A stretch of DNA of 63,668 nucleotides, the filler included, from Phoronis australis (lineage: Eukaryota; Animalia; Phoronida): NCBI GenBank assembly GCA_002633005.1. It is 4 parts of 4 records of this genome, joined end to end, with 100 filler letters (N's around TTAATTAATTAA, not from the genome) between each part and the next. Parts side by side here need not be neighbours in the genome. Positions count along the whole stretch, not along the records: positions 12,991 to 43,035 come from NMRA01001290.1; 3 more parts are not named here. One strand, written 5' to 3'. Made by a program: the position numbers and the translations under genes. The notes below the pieces were generated by a model. That model did no database searches, was not told the DNA's origin, and saw only the letters and a program-made list of their open reading frames with translations. The number at the start of each line of letters is the position of its first letter. Positions within the stretch are counted from its first letter, which is position 1. Shown here piece after piece: positions 23,120-35,980 of this stretch.

Positions 23120-25565
23120 TAAAGTGTCGAAAAAAACAAAGTGCTTCTTTCGAATTATGATCAGACCATTTCACAATGTTTAATATAAATTGTACTTTGG
23201 TTGACACAAATATTTACTTGTTGGGGGCTTGCATTCGCGTCATTTTTAAGCCGAAAGTTTGATCGCCGAGCGATTCCAATACGGGCCGGCTGTCACTAGA
23301 GTGTGTCCCGTATTGGAATCGGCGACATTAGCCCTTTTAAGTTGATGTAAAATGCATAAAAGTTCATGGAAAGGCATTAGTTGGTCATTTCACATCAGTT
23401 TATAAACAAACTGGTCAAAATTTGAAAGTTTTTAATCGCCTAATTAACAAAAAATTCCCGTATTGGAATCGGCTACAATAGGCCGTTAAAGTTGGTGCAA
23501 AATACGTAAAAGTTCATGGAAAGACATTAGATGGACCTTATATACCAATTTATATACTAACTTGTCGAAATTGTTACCTTTGAAAGTTTTTAATTGCCTA
23601 ATTAACAAAGATTCCAATACGGGCCGGCTGTGACGGCCTGGCCCGTATTGGAATCGGCTACAATAGGCCGTTAAAGTTGGTGCANAAACAGATATACCTC
23701 TCGAAACGGAGAAAACTTTCCCTGTTAGAATACACGTGTTGTCTCGGCCATAACCGGAACTAATCGCCTAATTAACAAAGATTCCAATACGGGCCGGCTG
23801 TGACGGCCTGGCCCGTATTGGAATCGACTACAATAGGCCGTTAAAGTTGGTGCAAAATACGCAAAAGTTCATGGAAAGACAATAGATGGACCTTTTATAC
23901 CAATTTATATACTAACTTGTCGAAATTGTTACCTTTGAAAGTTTTTAATCGCCTAATTAACAAAGATTCCAATCCGGCCGGCTGTGACGGCCTGGCCGTA
24001 TTGGAATCGGTTACAATAGGCCGTTAAAGTTGGTGCAAAATACGTAAAAGTTCATGGAAAGACATTAGATGGACCTTTTATACCAATTTATATACTAACT
24101 TGTCGAAATTGTTACCGTTGAAAGTTTTTAATCGCCTAATTAACAAAGATTCCAATACGGGCCGGCTGTGACGGCCTGGCCCGTATTGGAATCGGCTACA
24201 ATAGGCCGTTAAAGTTGGTGCAAAATACGTAAAAATTCATGGAAAGACATTAGATGGACCTTTTATACCAATTTATATACTAACTTGTTGAAATTGTTAC
24301 CTTTGAAAGTTTTCAATCGCCTAATTAACAAAGATTCCAATACCAACCCGTAAGAGATACCTGGGACGGTGAAGGAGGTCGCCTGAACTGTCAAAAAAAC
24401 CAAAACGCCTCTTCCGAATTGTGATCAGACCACGCCACAATGTTCAATATAAAGTGTAGTTTGGTTGAGACAATAATTTCGATATTGGGAGCTATGCATT
24501 CATGTCATTTTGAAGCCGATGTTGTGATCGCCGCGCGATTCCAATACGGTCCGCTGTCGACTGTGTGTCCCGTATTGGAATCGGCGACAGTAGACCTTTA
24601 AAGTTGGTAGAAAATACGTGGAAACTTAAGAGCATATTTTAGCATGATCTGTTTTTATATAGCAATATTCAAATTCGTCGAAAATGTTCTGGTAGAAGCT
24701 AAATTTTATCAATTATTTGCCTTGCACTCCTGCAACTCGGAATAGCCGCCATTTTGAATTTAGCCTCGATCAATCTCGCACAAAGATTGAGGATTAATAG
24801 CTTCACGACGTTGTGGGTGTCCGTTTTATATTAAAAATATGAAAGGAACCCTCCNTTTTAACAATTATTTGCCTTGCACTCCTGCAACTCGGAATAGCCG
24901 CCATTTTGAATTTAGCCTCGATCAATCTCGCCAAAGATTGAGGATTAATAGCCTCACGACGTTGTGGGTGTCCGTTTTATATTAAAAATATGAAAGGAAA
25001 CCTCCATTTTATGAAAACATAGCGAATTATAAAGTTTTGTAGTCAATTTATCGTTTTAAAGCATTATTCCAATACGGGCCGTGCCCGCATTGGAATATTC
25101 CAATACGGGCCAGATTCCAATACGGGCCGGAACACGAACGCAACAGCGTTCTACGATCTCGTGACGACCGTGTCCCACTATGGTCTGACCTTTCAGTAGA
25201 CACATCGACTGTCTCATGAATAGTAGGGTGATGCTATAATCCTGTTTTCGGAAGGAGTCAAGGTATTTTGCGCCACCTAATAACCATTTTCACTGTTTTT
25301 TGGCATCCGCTTCTCTATCAACCAAACCGCTCTTAAAGATGATTTTAAAAATTGGCATGCATGTACAGTGCTGATCGAATCCAGCTTCCTATCGAACGCG
25401 GCTAGGCCGCGTCCGGATACGGGTTCCAAACCGCGGTTGGNTGAAAACATAGCGAATTATAAAGTTTTGTAGTCAATTTATCGTTTTAAAGCATTATTCC
25501 AATACGGGCCGTGCCCGTATTGGAATATTCCAATACGGGCCAGATTCCAATACGGGCCGGAACAA
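23120..25565. repeat. Tandem array of ~185-bp units, each with a 45-bp palindrome, running into a TE-like end (...TACGGGCCGGAACA)
   Basis: GATTCCAATACGGGCC...GGCCCGTATTGGAATC starts at 23610, 23780, 23965 and 24148 (partial at 24333), with diverged variants at 23272 and 24537. Half-sites cluster at 25066-25135 and are repeated at 25496-25564 after an n. Confidence 0.9.
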
Positions 25566-27322
25566 CGTTACCACATCAGTTGTCCATATCCTGTAGTGTT
25601 CAGCACCTCACTGGCACCCTGAGTGTCCTGTCGCCACAAAGGAACACGCAGTTAAAATTTAATTTTTCTCAAGAATTCATAACACAGCGGCTTTTTGACA
25701 TGTAGCACGTCACGTAAACAAACTGGAATGACTGATGGAAGAAGTGTAAACGTGGTTGCCGGCTTGATCAAGTTTAGTTTCGGGAAAACATATCGTCCTG
25801 CGGGCCAGTGCCGTCGGTGTCATTCTCTTGAAACTACACTACACTATGAATTACTATAGATTGATTACTGACAACGTGGAGATTATATGCCTGGTTTATT
25901 TGCGGTTACATGTGTATAAAATAGGCAGCGATTGAATCTTACATAGACTCCAGGAAAGGCTTAATATCGTAGTCCGCCTGCATCGAACAGTCTTCCCTAC
26001 AGAAAGAAGTATTCATTGAGGGGCACACCCACCAAATGATTGTTCTTATTGTATATTCACCTTCCAAAGCACGCTTATTGTCGCTAGAACAAATGTGTGC
26101 TTTGGATCAAGCAAACACAGTTTGTCTCTCTATATATGACATCAACACGACTACCTGCACTGGTGTCAGTGGCTTTATGAACCGATCGTATTTTGAGTAT
26201 TTTTGTCAAAGCGATCAATTCCTAAATGCCCCAAACCCAGTCGTAATCAGTCGACGCAAGTCACATTTGCACAATGCCTCTGCCGTTTGAGGTCGTGAGG
26301 TCCGCATATGATGTGTAAACTTCATGGTGCTTAATAAAGTTAGCTTGGTACATTTGCTAGGAAACTGCTTTTCAAAAATGGCTCATTATTCGCAGCGACA
26401 CATATTGCCGAAGGCTGCAGGTATCACTTTCATCAGAACTAAGAGCTCGTCATTTAAATGAAACACATCCGTATCGTATGCTGTACTTTTGGAATGTCAA
26501 AAGTAAACAACATCACAAGAAGCATTCAAATGAGACTAAAAGACAGAGTACTATCGCACACTCAGCCAACTATCTCTAGTGTACGGCAATGAAAGGTAGA
26601 GTGAACATAAACCCCCTTTCACTCAGGTCATGGTACTGGATCCATGTAGTAGACCCTATTTATTTAATTACACGTACATTGTATACATGTAGTAGACCCT
26701 ATTTATTGTTACGAATTTATAAAAGACGATGTCAGTATTGCCCCACAAATAGACATTGAAAGTAAGGGCGTCAAGTTGTGTCAATGTTATTGTTCAATTC
26801 ACTTCAAGCATACGAGTAGGAGTCGAAGAGAACACACATGAAAACCGCCAGATGGTGCTGTTTCAACGTAATCAACATGAAAAGAACCACCTTGCTTTTG
26901 CACATTTCAAGATAAAGAACATGAATGGTTACAATGATGGTGGACCACATTGATCAGTGTTGCCCTAATTAAATTCAACAATCCTGAACTAGTCGTTGGT
27001 TTCAGAAGAGACTGATTTGGTTTATATAAGAAGTGTTATGTAAATTTGAATTGTCAACCGTTCTTCGGCGAGTTTTTTTCATACGAATGTTTTTTAAACT
27101 ATAGAATTTTGTTACGGGTACTCCCTATTGAACTGTTGCTCGATTGAGCTATTTCCTGTATTGATGTTTTTACTGTATACGGAGCTGGAAAACCCTGAAA
27201 TAACAATGTAGGACCATGAGTTTCTCGAGTCTTCTTGAAAGCTTTGTGTCTTGTCGAGTCAAGCAAATCCTTCCGTCACGTGACAGATATATAGATATAT
27301 ATTGAAGCAGGTAGGCACTCGA

Positions 27323-30300
27323 ACACAGATGTGAGACGGACAGAGAGGGCAAGTCTTTAGATCATTTCAGGTAAGTGATTTTTATGTAAAATTGGTCTTT
27401 ATGAAAAAAGATGGTTTGTGGGCTGTGAATAAGTGAAACAAGTTTAAATATATGTGTCAATTGATTGAAGTTGCATTTTAGTTCAATGAATCGACCTACA
27501 ATGAGCGAGTAATAAAATCTGTGCCCATAAGATCAGCACAAAAATACGTCGCAGATTAGAGACGCAGAATTTAAACTCAAAATGCACACTATCACCATAA
27601 AGATCGGTATGTAATTCTTTAGCTGTTATCGACTGCTACGTACATGTATCAACGTCCACATAAATGGGGGAGGTTCTGGGCATTCAGAATGTTACCCAAT
27701 TTCATTATGACCAATGGAAAACAAGGTTCAAAAATCAATGACCACGAATAGATGACATAACTATACTGGAGGAATCAGTTCCTAAACAACGTTTTGGCGG
27801 TTTCACAAATTCCAGGAAATGAAAACCATTTACACCCAGGGTCAAGAATAGTCTCTCGCTCTGAACGGTGTGCAAAGGAATGAACCTTGTTGCATCCATG
27901 ATGAGTCTTTTTAGGCCCAAGTCTATTCGTCCCAGAATAAGTCTAGGTGGCCCAGGATCAGTCTTTTGAAGCCACTAAAGGTAGAACGGAAAACACGTAG
28001 TCATAAAACATTACTTTATAAAACATCTATAGACATGCGTAACAGTGGCAGAAGTTATCACATAACAAAAGATATCCGTAGTTTCACACCGCCGGAGTAA
28101 GGATTTGTTTCTTTGGGTACTTTGATTCCCATAAGCGAGGCTTAAAATTAATTCGGCTTTGAACGTGTACTGACCAGTGATTCATTACCATGATTTTTAT
28201 ACCAGTTTGGTGATGGGTAAAACAGTTTAAAAACAAAGTACATCATATCAAGACCAGTATGCAACATACTATGTACAAACGTGTCGCAAGTTGACTCAAC
28301 GACTGTTTGAGTCCTCAGTGGACTCCACATTTCAAGCCGTCATCTGAGCTCGAGTCTATGGTAGGCTCAGTGCGATTCGTTGGATACATTACATGTCTAA
28401 TCGGTGGCTAAATCAATTATGATACTACTGGGAAAACCCCATGAGTTCAACAAGCGTTGTAAACACAGACAGTGTAGCGAGAGTCACATAGAGTCATGTA
28501 TAAAAGTAATCAGGTTCACTTTTCTTTCTGGTCAGTTTCATCAGCTCTAGTACATGTACTTTCACAGTAAAAATGAGATTTAGATTAATTTCAGCAGATC
28601 AAGGGTAAATTGGATCAATGCGCAACCTTAAAATTACGAATAAACTGTTACTTGGGCATATGGCAGTTGCTTTTAATCAGAGGTTATGATTTATTAAGTT
28701 TGATGACGCAACTTATCAAAATCACAAACGATGACTTGAAAATCATTTGCAGTGGTCACGTGGTCCTCCGGGTAGTGTGCTTGTGATAAGACTGATTGTT
28801 TCAAAGTGTCTCATACATGTATACGGAGTAAAACCCAGTTTACACGAGCATAAATATCATCGTGTCACAACTTGCGAGAATCAGTCTGAATATAACACTT
28901 GCGGATACATGTATTTTGGCGAGATGTAAGATTTCGGGAATACGGCCGAGGCTATTCGTACATAAGCAAGCCTTTTCAAATAGTGTTTGGTCAATTTCCA
29001 ATGACTTGTCGACAAGTTTGTATTAAAATCTGCTCATTTCAGTAATACATGTTCGTCATTACACAAAAACAAAGTAGACTATCCCTCGCCCTTGAGGCAA
29101 TTGTAATCACCTGTACATGTAACTGTGTCATGACGGCGTTCTGTCGTTCAGTAACTTTTTCAGACGTGAGGGGTTCTGAAAGTGCGATAACATCTGGCTT
29201 CATTGTTAACTGCCAGGGACAGTCTTATATCCCGTAAGACAACAAGCAGGTAAATTATCTCCCAGGCTTCAAAGGTTAACTGAAACCTGGCAGAATGGAT
29301 GGTCTTAACTTCTGTTGTAGTTGGGCGATTTTGGTTATTCATAAACTTAACATGATCAATATTTGACAAGGAATTCCGAAATTTTATTGGTTTATGTTCA
29401 TATATGTTATAACTTAATTTTCATTTTAGTAGCCCAGCCCAGTCAGACTAGATGCGGTCTGATCGGAGATTAGAGCAATTATCGAACAAAAGAGAGCCGG
29501 CCCTCCAACCATAAATGCCAGAATGGAGTTAATCAGTCGTGTAAGACCTAAGCATATGATACTAGTTTTTAAGCCTAGATGATATAATATGTTAAAATAG
29601 TTTGACGACACAATTTAACGAAATGGCAAAGTTGAATGAATTAATCCCTTGTTGTGAATACGTCAATCTCTTTGTTATTAGTCTGTATCAGAGCTGGTGC
29701 AGAATACGACAGACTCCTAGATTAGTAAAGATGACTTTTCNGATGGTTTTGTTATACCTATTGTATTGCTACCTGAAGCTCACCTCTCTACTTACTATAG
29801 TTATAAAAAAGCGGACTGTTGTTATACCTATTGTATTGCTACTTGAAGCTAACCTGTCTACTTACTATAGTTATAAAAAAGCGGACTCTGTTGTTTTTGA
29901 TTTCATGACTTGTATGTATACTTTTCTTGATCTGAAATGGTATTTCAAATATTTGTTTGGTTTAACACACTTGGGATTTTTAAAGCCCTTTGATTAAAAA
30001 ATATGCTGAAAATCAGAGGATGAGTCTTTAGCCAGGCTGTTTGTTAAAAATCTGGGTGTGGACAAGTAGACAGTTGTAGGTAGTTAACATGTGTAGATAC
30101 CTTAAATGTATTTTTGTACTCATTCATTTCAGAAAGTTGTTGACTTGCATGAGAAAGTAAGTCAAGTGGGGATGCCGAAAAGTCTGCACCCAGCGGTCCA
30201 TATTGTGCCCGTGACTGTAGAGGGAATTGTCAGTGGTGCTGTCGGATTAGGCAGTGCGCCATTAACTTCAGCATCTTTGGTGCTACTATCAGAGACCCTA

Positions 30301-33300
30301 GATAGGGAGACAGTCCACCTAGCGAAATCCCATCGGACGGCCACTGGTGGACATTGTTGTTTCATGGACTGTAGACACCTCTAGCGAGTGTGCGTGCAAT
30401 AAACAAATGTGGCAAGATATCAGGGCTCCCGTCAGTAAAAAAAGCAACGGTGCTTTTTGCACTGCCTACGGCTGCAGCAACAGTTAATTGAAAATTCGTG
30501 ACTCATGCTTTTTTGCTTCCTCAATGATTAAGGTAGGTGATGTTCATGATTGAAACAGAGGATATTTCTGCGTGAATCTCTTGCCAGTCATTCAGTGATG
30601 GACTGGGTGTCTTTACTGTTTCCTGCATTTGATTGCTGATATAGAAAATTGTCATAAATTGTTTGCATGATTTTGGAAACTACTGATTAGTTTATTCTAT
30701 GCCCATTGATGTTTCTAATTGCTTTTTTCATTTTGTTCTGCAGTCTTAATACATTCAGATCTAAAAGATAATTATATTTACTATTATTTACTAATTTTAT
30801 TATTGTTTTTTTATCATATATTTGTTACTCTTGATTATTTATTATTTCTTATTTGCTATTACTTATTTAAATTATTTCTTGTGATCCCATACAGTCAACA
30901 TCCTGGCTGTCGTTGATCAATTATCTGTATAATATGATCATGATATGTACTTCAGTGCATAATAACTATTATGTTTAAGGTTTGGTAACCTACTTGATTA
31001 TTTGCCATAGGAAGTGGTGAAGGAAGTGTTCTTTTAAAGGCACATTTAGCCATACACCTGTGGACACTTCGGTGGTATGTGTATTACCTTGGAAACTTGT
31101 TAAACTTCAGTGACTATGTTGTTTGTTTATATTTTTGTTTTGACATGGGTTTTAAAACATCAAGTCAAGAAATAAGGCGTCGTTATGTTATTTACTATGA
31201 AGTTGGCCTGCCAACGCAGGCTGAATATGCCTTTAACTAACTGCTGATAGTTGATTTAAAAATGTGAGTGATTTATGAGAGTTGGAAAGCATAGTAAAAA
31301 ATATCCAAAATGGATTCCATATTCAATAGGCATCTTGGCTGTTTTATGGGAGCATACGAGGCAGGTTTACTGGGCTTCAGGAAGGAATTCCATCTCTTGC
31401 AGGTTTGGAACCCGTACCCCGGCCTCTTGCCTCCAGTTTCATTCACCACAACCCACCCAAATGCGCTACCCATTTCAGATACCATCGGGCACGGACGCTT
31501 GGGGTCCAGTGAATCAGTCCCAAGTAGCGACTCCACTGTTGCCTAAAACTACTACGTTTTTGGGAGTTTTCTACNATTCACGTCGGTTTTCCTAGATGGC
31601 CGTCTGAGTTTGACCAGCTCGTCGAGCCGTGATTTGTGAGAGGCTGAGCCGATCGACTACGTCGGGCTCGGTACCTGGACCTGGTGAAGAAAAACGTAAG
31701 TATTTTTTGTCATCCCTTGTGCTCGCATGATGCTGTTGGCTGCATACATGTAGATAAAGTATACCGTGTTTGCCTGGGATTTTGTGTTCATGAAATTACA
31801 GACTATGTACTTGTACCACATTTAAAGTCAGAGAAACATTGTTACTTAGTGAAACATAAACGTCTGGACGAATATACCATGGTGCCTTCAATGTTGTGTT
31901 TGTTCTTTGTAAAGTAGATTTACTGTAACAAGTCCGATGTTGTCGGATTGAATTGGTATTACGGGATTTTCAATGCCAGTGGCAGTGGCTTAATGAACCG
32001 ATCGTATTTTGAATATTTTTGTCAAAGCGATCAATTCCTAAATGCCCCAAACCCAGTCGTAATAAGTCGACGCAAGTCACATTTGCACAGATGTGAGACG
32101 GACAGAGAGGGCAAGTGTTTAGATCATTTCAAGTAAGTGATTTTTATGTAAAATTGGTCTTTATGAAAAAAGATGGTTTGTGGGCTGTGAATAAGTGAAA
32201 CAGGTTTAAATACAAGAGTCACCTCATCTGCAATTGATTGAAGTTGCATTTTATTTCAATGGATCGACCTACAATGAGCGAGTAATAAAATCTGTGCCCA
32301 TAACATCAGCACAAACGCAAAAATACGTCGCAGATTAGTGACGTAGAATTTAAACTCAAAATGCACACTATCATCATCAAGATCGGTATGTAATTATTTA
32401 GCTGTTATCGACTGCTACGTATCAACGTCCACATAAATGGGCGAGGTTCTGGGCATTCGGAATGTTACCCAATTTCATTATGTCCAATGAAAAACAAGGT
32501 TCAAAAATGAATGACCACGAATAGATGACATAACTATACTGGAGGAATCAGTTCCTAAACAACGTTATGGCGGTTTCACAAATTCCAGGAAATGAAAACC
32601 ATTTACACCCAGGGTCAAGAATAGTCTCTGAACGATGTGCAAAGGAATGAACCTTGTTGCATCCATGATGAGTCTTTCTAGGCCCAGGACAAGTCTATCC
32701 GTCCCAGAATAAGTCTAGGTGGCCCAGGATCAGTCTTTTGAAGTCACTAATGGTAGAACGGAAAACACGTAGTCATAAAACATTACTTTATAAAGATGTT
32801 TAGACATGCGTAACAGTGGCAGAAGTTATCACTTAACAAAAGATATCCGTAGTTTCACACCGCCGGAGTAAGGATTTATTTCTTTGGGTACTTTGATTCC
32901 CATAAGCGAGGCTTAAAATTAATTCGGCTTTGAACGTGTACTGACCAGTGATTCATTACCATGATTTTTATACCAGTTTGGTGATGGGTAAAATAGTTTA
33001 AAAACAAAGTACTTATATCAAGACCAGTATGCAACATACTATGTACAAACGTGTCGCAAGTTGACTCAATGACTGTTTGAGTCCTCAGTGGACTCCACAT
33101 TTCAAGCCGTCATCTGAGCTCGAGTCTATGGTAGGCTCAGTGCGATTCGTTGGATACATTACTTGTCTAATCGGTGGCTAAATCAATTATGATACTACTG
33201 GGAAAACCCCGTGAGTTCAACAAGCGTTGTAAACACAGACAGTGTAGCGAGAGTCACATAGAGTCATGTATAAAAGTAATCAGGTTCACTTTTCTTTCTG

Positions 33301-35980
33301 GTCAGTTTCATCAGCTCTAGTACATGTACTTTCACAGTAAAAATGAGATTTAGATTAATTTCAGCAGATCAAGGGTAAATTGGATCAATGCGCAACCTTA
33401 AAATTACGAATAAACTGTTACTTGGGCATATGGCAGTTGCTTTTAATCAGAGGTTATGATTTATTAAGTTTGATGACGCAACTTATCAAAATCACAAACG
33501 ATGACTTGAAAATCATTTGCAGTGGTCACGTGGTCCTCCGGGTAGTGTGCTTGTGATAAGACTGATTGTTTCAAAGTGTCTCATACATGTATACGGAGTA
33601 AAACCCAGTTTACACGAGCATAAATATCATCGTGTCACAACTTGCGAGAATCAGTCTGAATATAACACTTGCGGATACATGTATTTTGGCGAGATGTAAG
33701 ATTTCGGGAATACGGCCGAGGCTATTCGTACATAAGCAAGCCTTTTCAAATAGTGTTTGGTCAATTTCCAATGACTTGTCGACAAGTTTGTATTAAAATC
33801 TGCTCATTTCAGTAATACATGTTCGTCATTACACAAAAACAAAGTAGACTATCCCTCGCCCTTGAGGCAATTGTAATCACCTGTACATGTAACTGTGTCA
33901 TGACGGCGTTCTGTCGTTCAGTAACTTTTTCAGACGTGAGGGGTTCTGAAAGTGCGATAACATCTGGCTTCATTGTTAACTGCCAGGGACAGTCTTATAT
34001 CCCGTAAGACAACAAGCAGGTAAATTATCTCCCAGGCTTCAAAGGTTAACTGAAACCTGGCAGAATGGATGGTCTTAACTTCTGTTGTAGTTGGGCGATT
34101 TTGGTTATTCATAAACTTAACATGATCAATATTTGACAAGGAATTCCGAAATTTTATTGGTTTATGTTCATATATGTTATAACTTAATTTTCATTTTAGT
34201 AGCCCAGCCCAGTCAGACTAGATGCGGTCTGATCGGAGATTAGAGCAATTATCGAACAAAAGAGAGCCGGCCCTCCAACCATAAATGCCAGAATGGAGTT
34301 AATCAGTCGTGTAAGACCTAAGCATATGATACTAGTTTTTAAGCCTAGATGATATAATATGTTAAAATAGTTTGACGACACAATTTAACGAAATGGCAAA
34401 GTTGAATGAATTAATCCCTTGTTGTGAATACGTCAATCTCTTTGTTATTAGTCTGTATCAGAGCTGGTGCAGAATACGACAGACTCCTAGATTAGTAAAG
34501 ATGACTTTTCAAACACCCCTATAACAATGTAAATACCACGACGAAGTCTAATACGAACTGTTTTAGAAGACTTCTGATAATTGGAATGGGGCCAACCATG
34601 CATTGTTATGAATTATATTTTTATTTCATACACATGCCGGCGTACACTATAAAATCGAACAGCAGGTAGATNTGTTTTCAATATTTTAAACAAAGACACT
34701 TCACTGACAATTTTGAATTTGGCAAACTAAGATCGGCCATAGTGAATGTCCTGCGTACTTCGTTGGCCCACACACACCCGCTAGGTGTCGCCACGGTCCA
34801 TGATACAATAATGGCGGCGGCCTTGGTGAATAGTCTTGTTAGCGTCTTTGCTTGTGATAAGACTGATTGTTTCAAAGTGTCTCATACATGTATACGGAGT
34901 AAAACCAAGTTTACACGAGCATAAATATCATCGTGTCACAACTTGCGAGAATCAGTCTGAATATAACACTTGCGGATACATGTATTTTGGCGAGATGTAA
35001 GATTTCGTGAATACGGCCGAGGCTATTCGTACATAAGCAAGCCTTTTCAAATAGTTTTTGGTCAATTTCCAATGACTTGTCGACAAGTTTGTATTAAGAT
35101 CTGCTCATTTCAGTAATACATGTTCGTCATTACACAAAAACAAATTAGACTATCCCTCGCCCTTGAGGCAATTGTAATCACCTGTACTTGTAACTGTGTC
35201 ATGACGGCGTTCTGTCGTTCAGTAAGTTTTTCAGACGTGAGGGGTTCTGAAAGTGCGATGACATCTGGCTTCATTGTTAACTGCCAGGGACAGTCTTTTA
35301 TCCCGTAAGACAACAAGCAGGCCAATTATCTCCCAGGCTTCAAAGGTTAACTGAAACCTGGCAGAATGGATGGTCTTAACTTCTGATGTAGTTGGGCGAT
35401 TTTGGTGATTCATAAACTTAACATTCTCAACATTTTACAAGGAATTCCGAAATTTTATTGGTTTATGTTCATACAGTGTATATGTTATAACTTAATTTTC
35501 ATTTTTAGTAGCCCAGCCCAGTCAGGCTAGATGCGATCTGATCGGAGATTAGAGCAATTATCGAACAAAAGAGAGCCGGCCCTCCAACCATAAATGCCAG
35601 AATGGAGTTAATCAGTCGTGTAAGACCTAGGCATATGATACTAGTTGTTAAGCCTAGATGATATAATATGTTAAAATAGTTTGACGACACAATTTAACGA
35701 AATGGCAAAGTTGAATGAATTAATCCTTTGTTGTGAATACGTCAATCTCTTTGTTATTAGTCAGTATCAGAGCTGGTGCAGAATACGACAGACTCCTAGA
35801 TTAGTAAAGATGACTTTTCAAACACCCCTATAACAATGTAAATACCACGACGAAGTCTAATACGAACTGTTTTAGAAGATTTCTGATAATTGGAATGGGG
35901 CCAACCATGCATTGTTATGAATTATATTTTTATTTCATACACATGCCGGCGTACATTATAAAATCGAACAGCAGGTAGAT
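27323..35980 (+). repeat. Tandem segmental triplication: A 27323-29740 (plus 26160-26273), B 31975-34671, C 34850-35980
   Basis: The track shows identical ORF translations in A and B and near-identical ones in C. A and B end at single-n joins (29741, 34672). Confidence 0.92.
29748..29890. repeat. Tandem duplication of 70 bp
   Basis: tgttatacctattgtattgctac.tgaagct...aaaaaagcggact occurs twice. Confidence 0.9.

Noticed and set aside
23272-24345. CRISPR-like array (palindromic repeat plus spacer)
   Set aside because: The spacers are ~140 bp and nearly identical to each other, there are no cas genes, and the context is eukaryotic. It is a tandem repeat.
28747-35690. Triplicated short ORFs as a small-protein family
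   Set aside because: They recur only because the DNA is duplicated. There are no domains and ORFs overlap on both strands.
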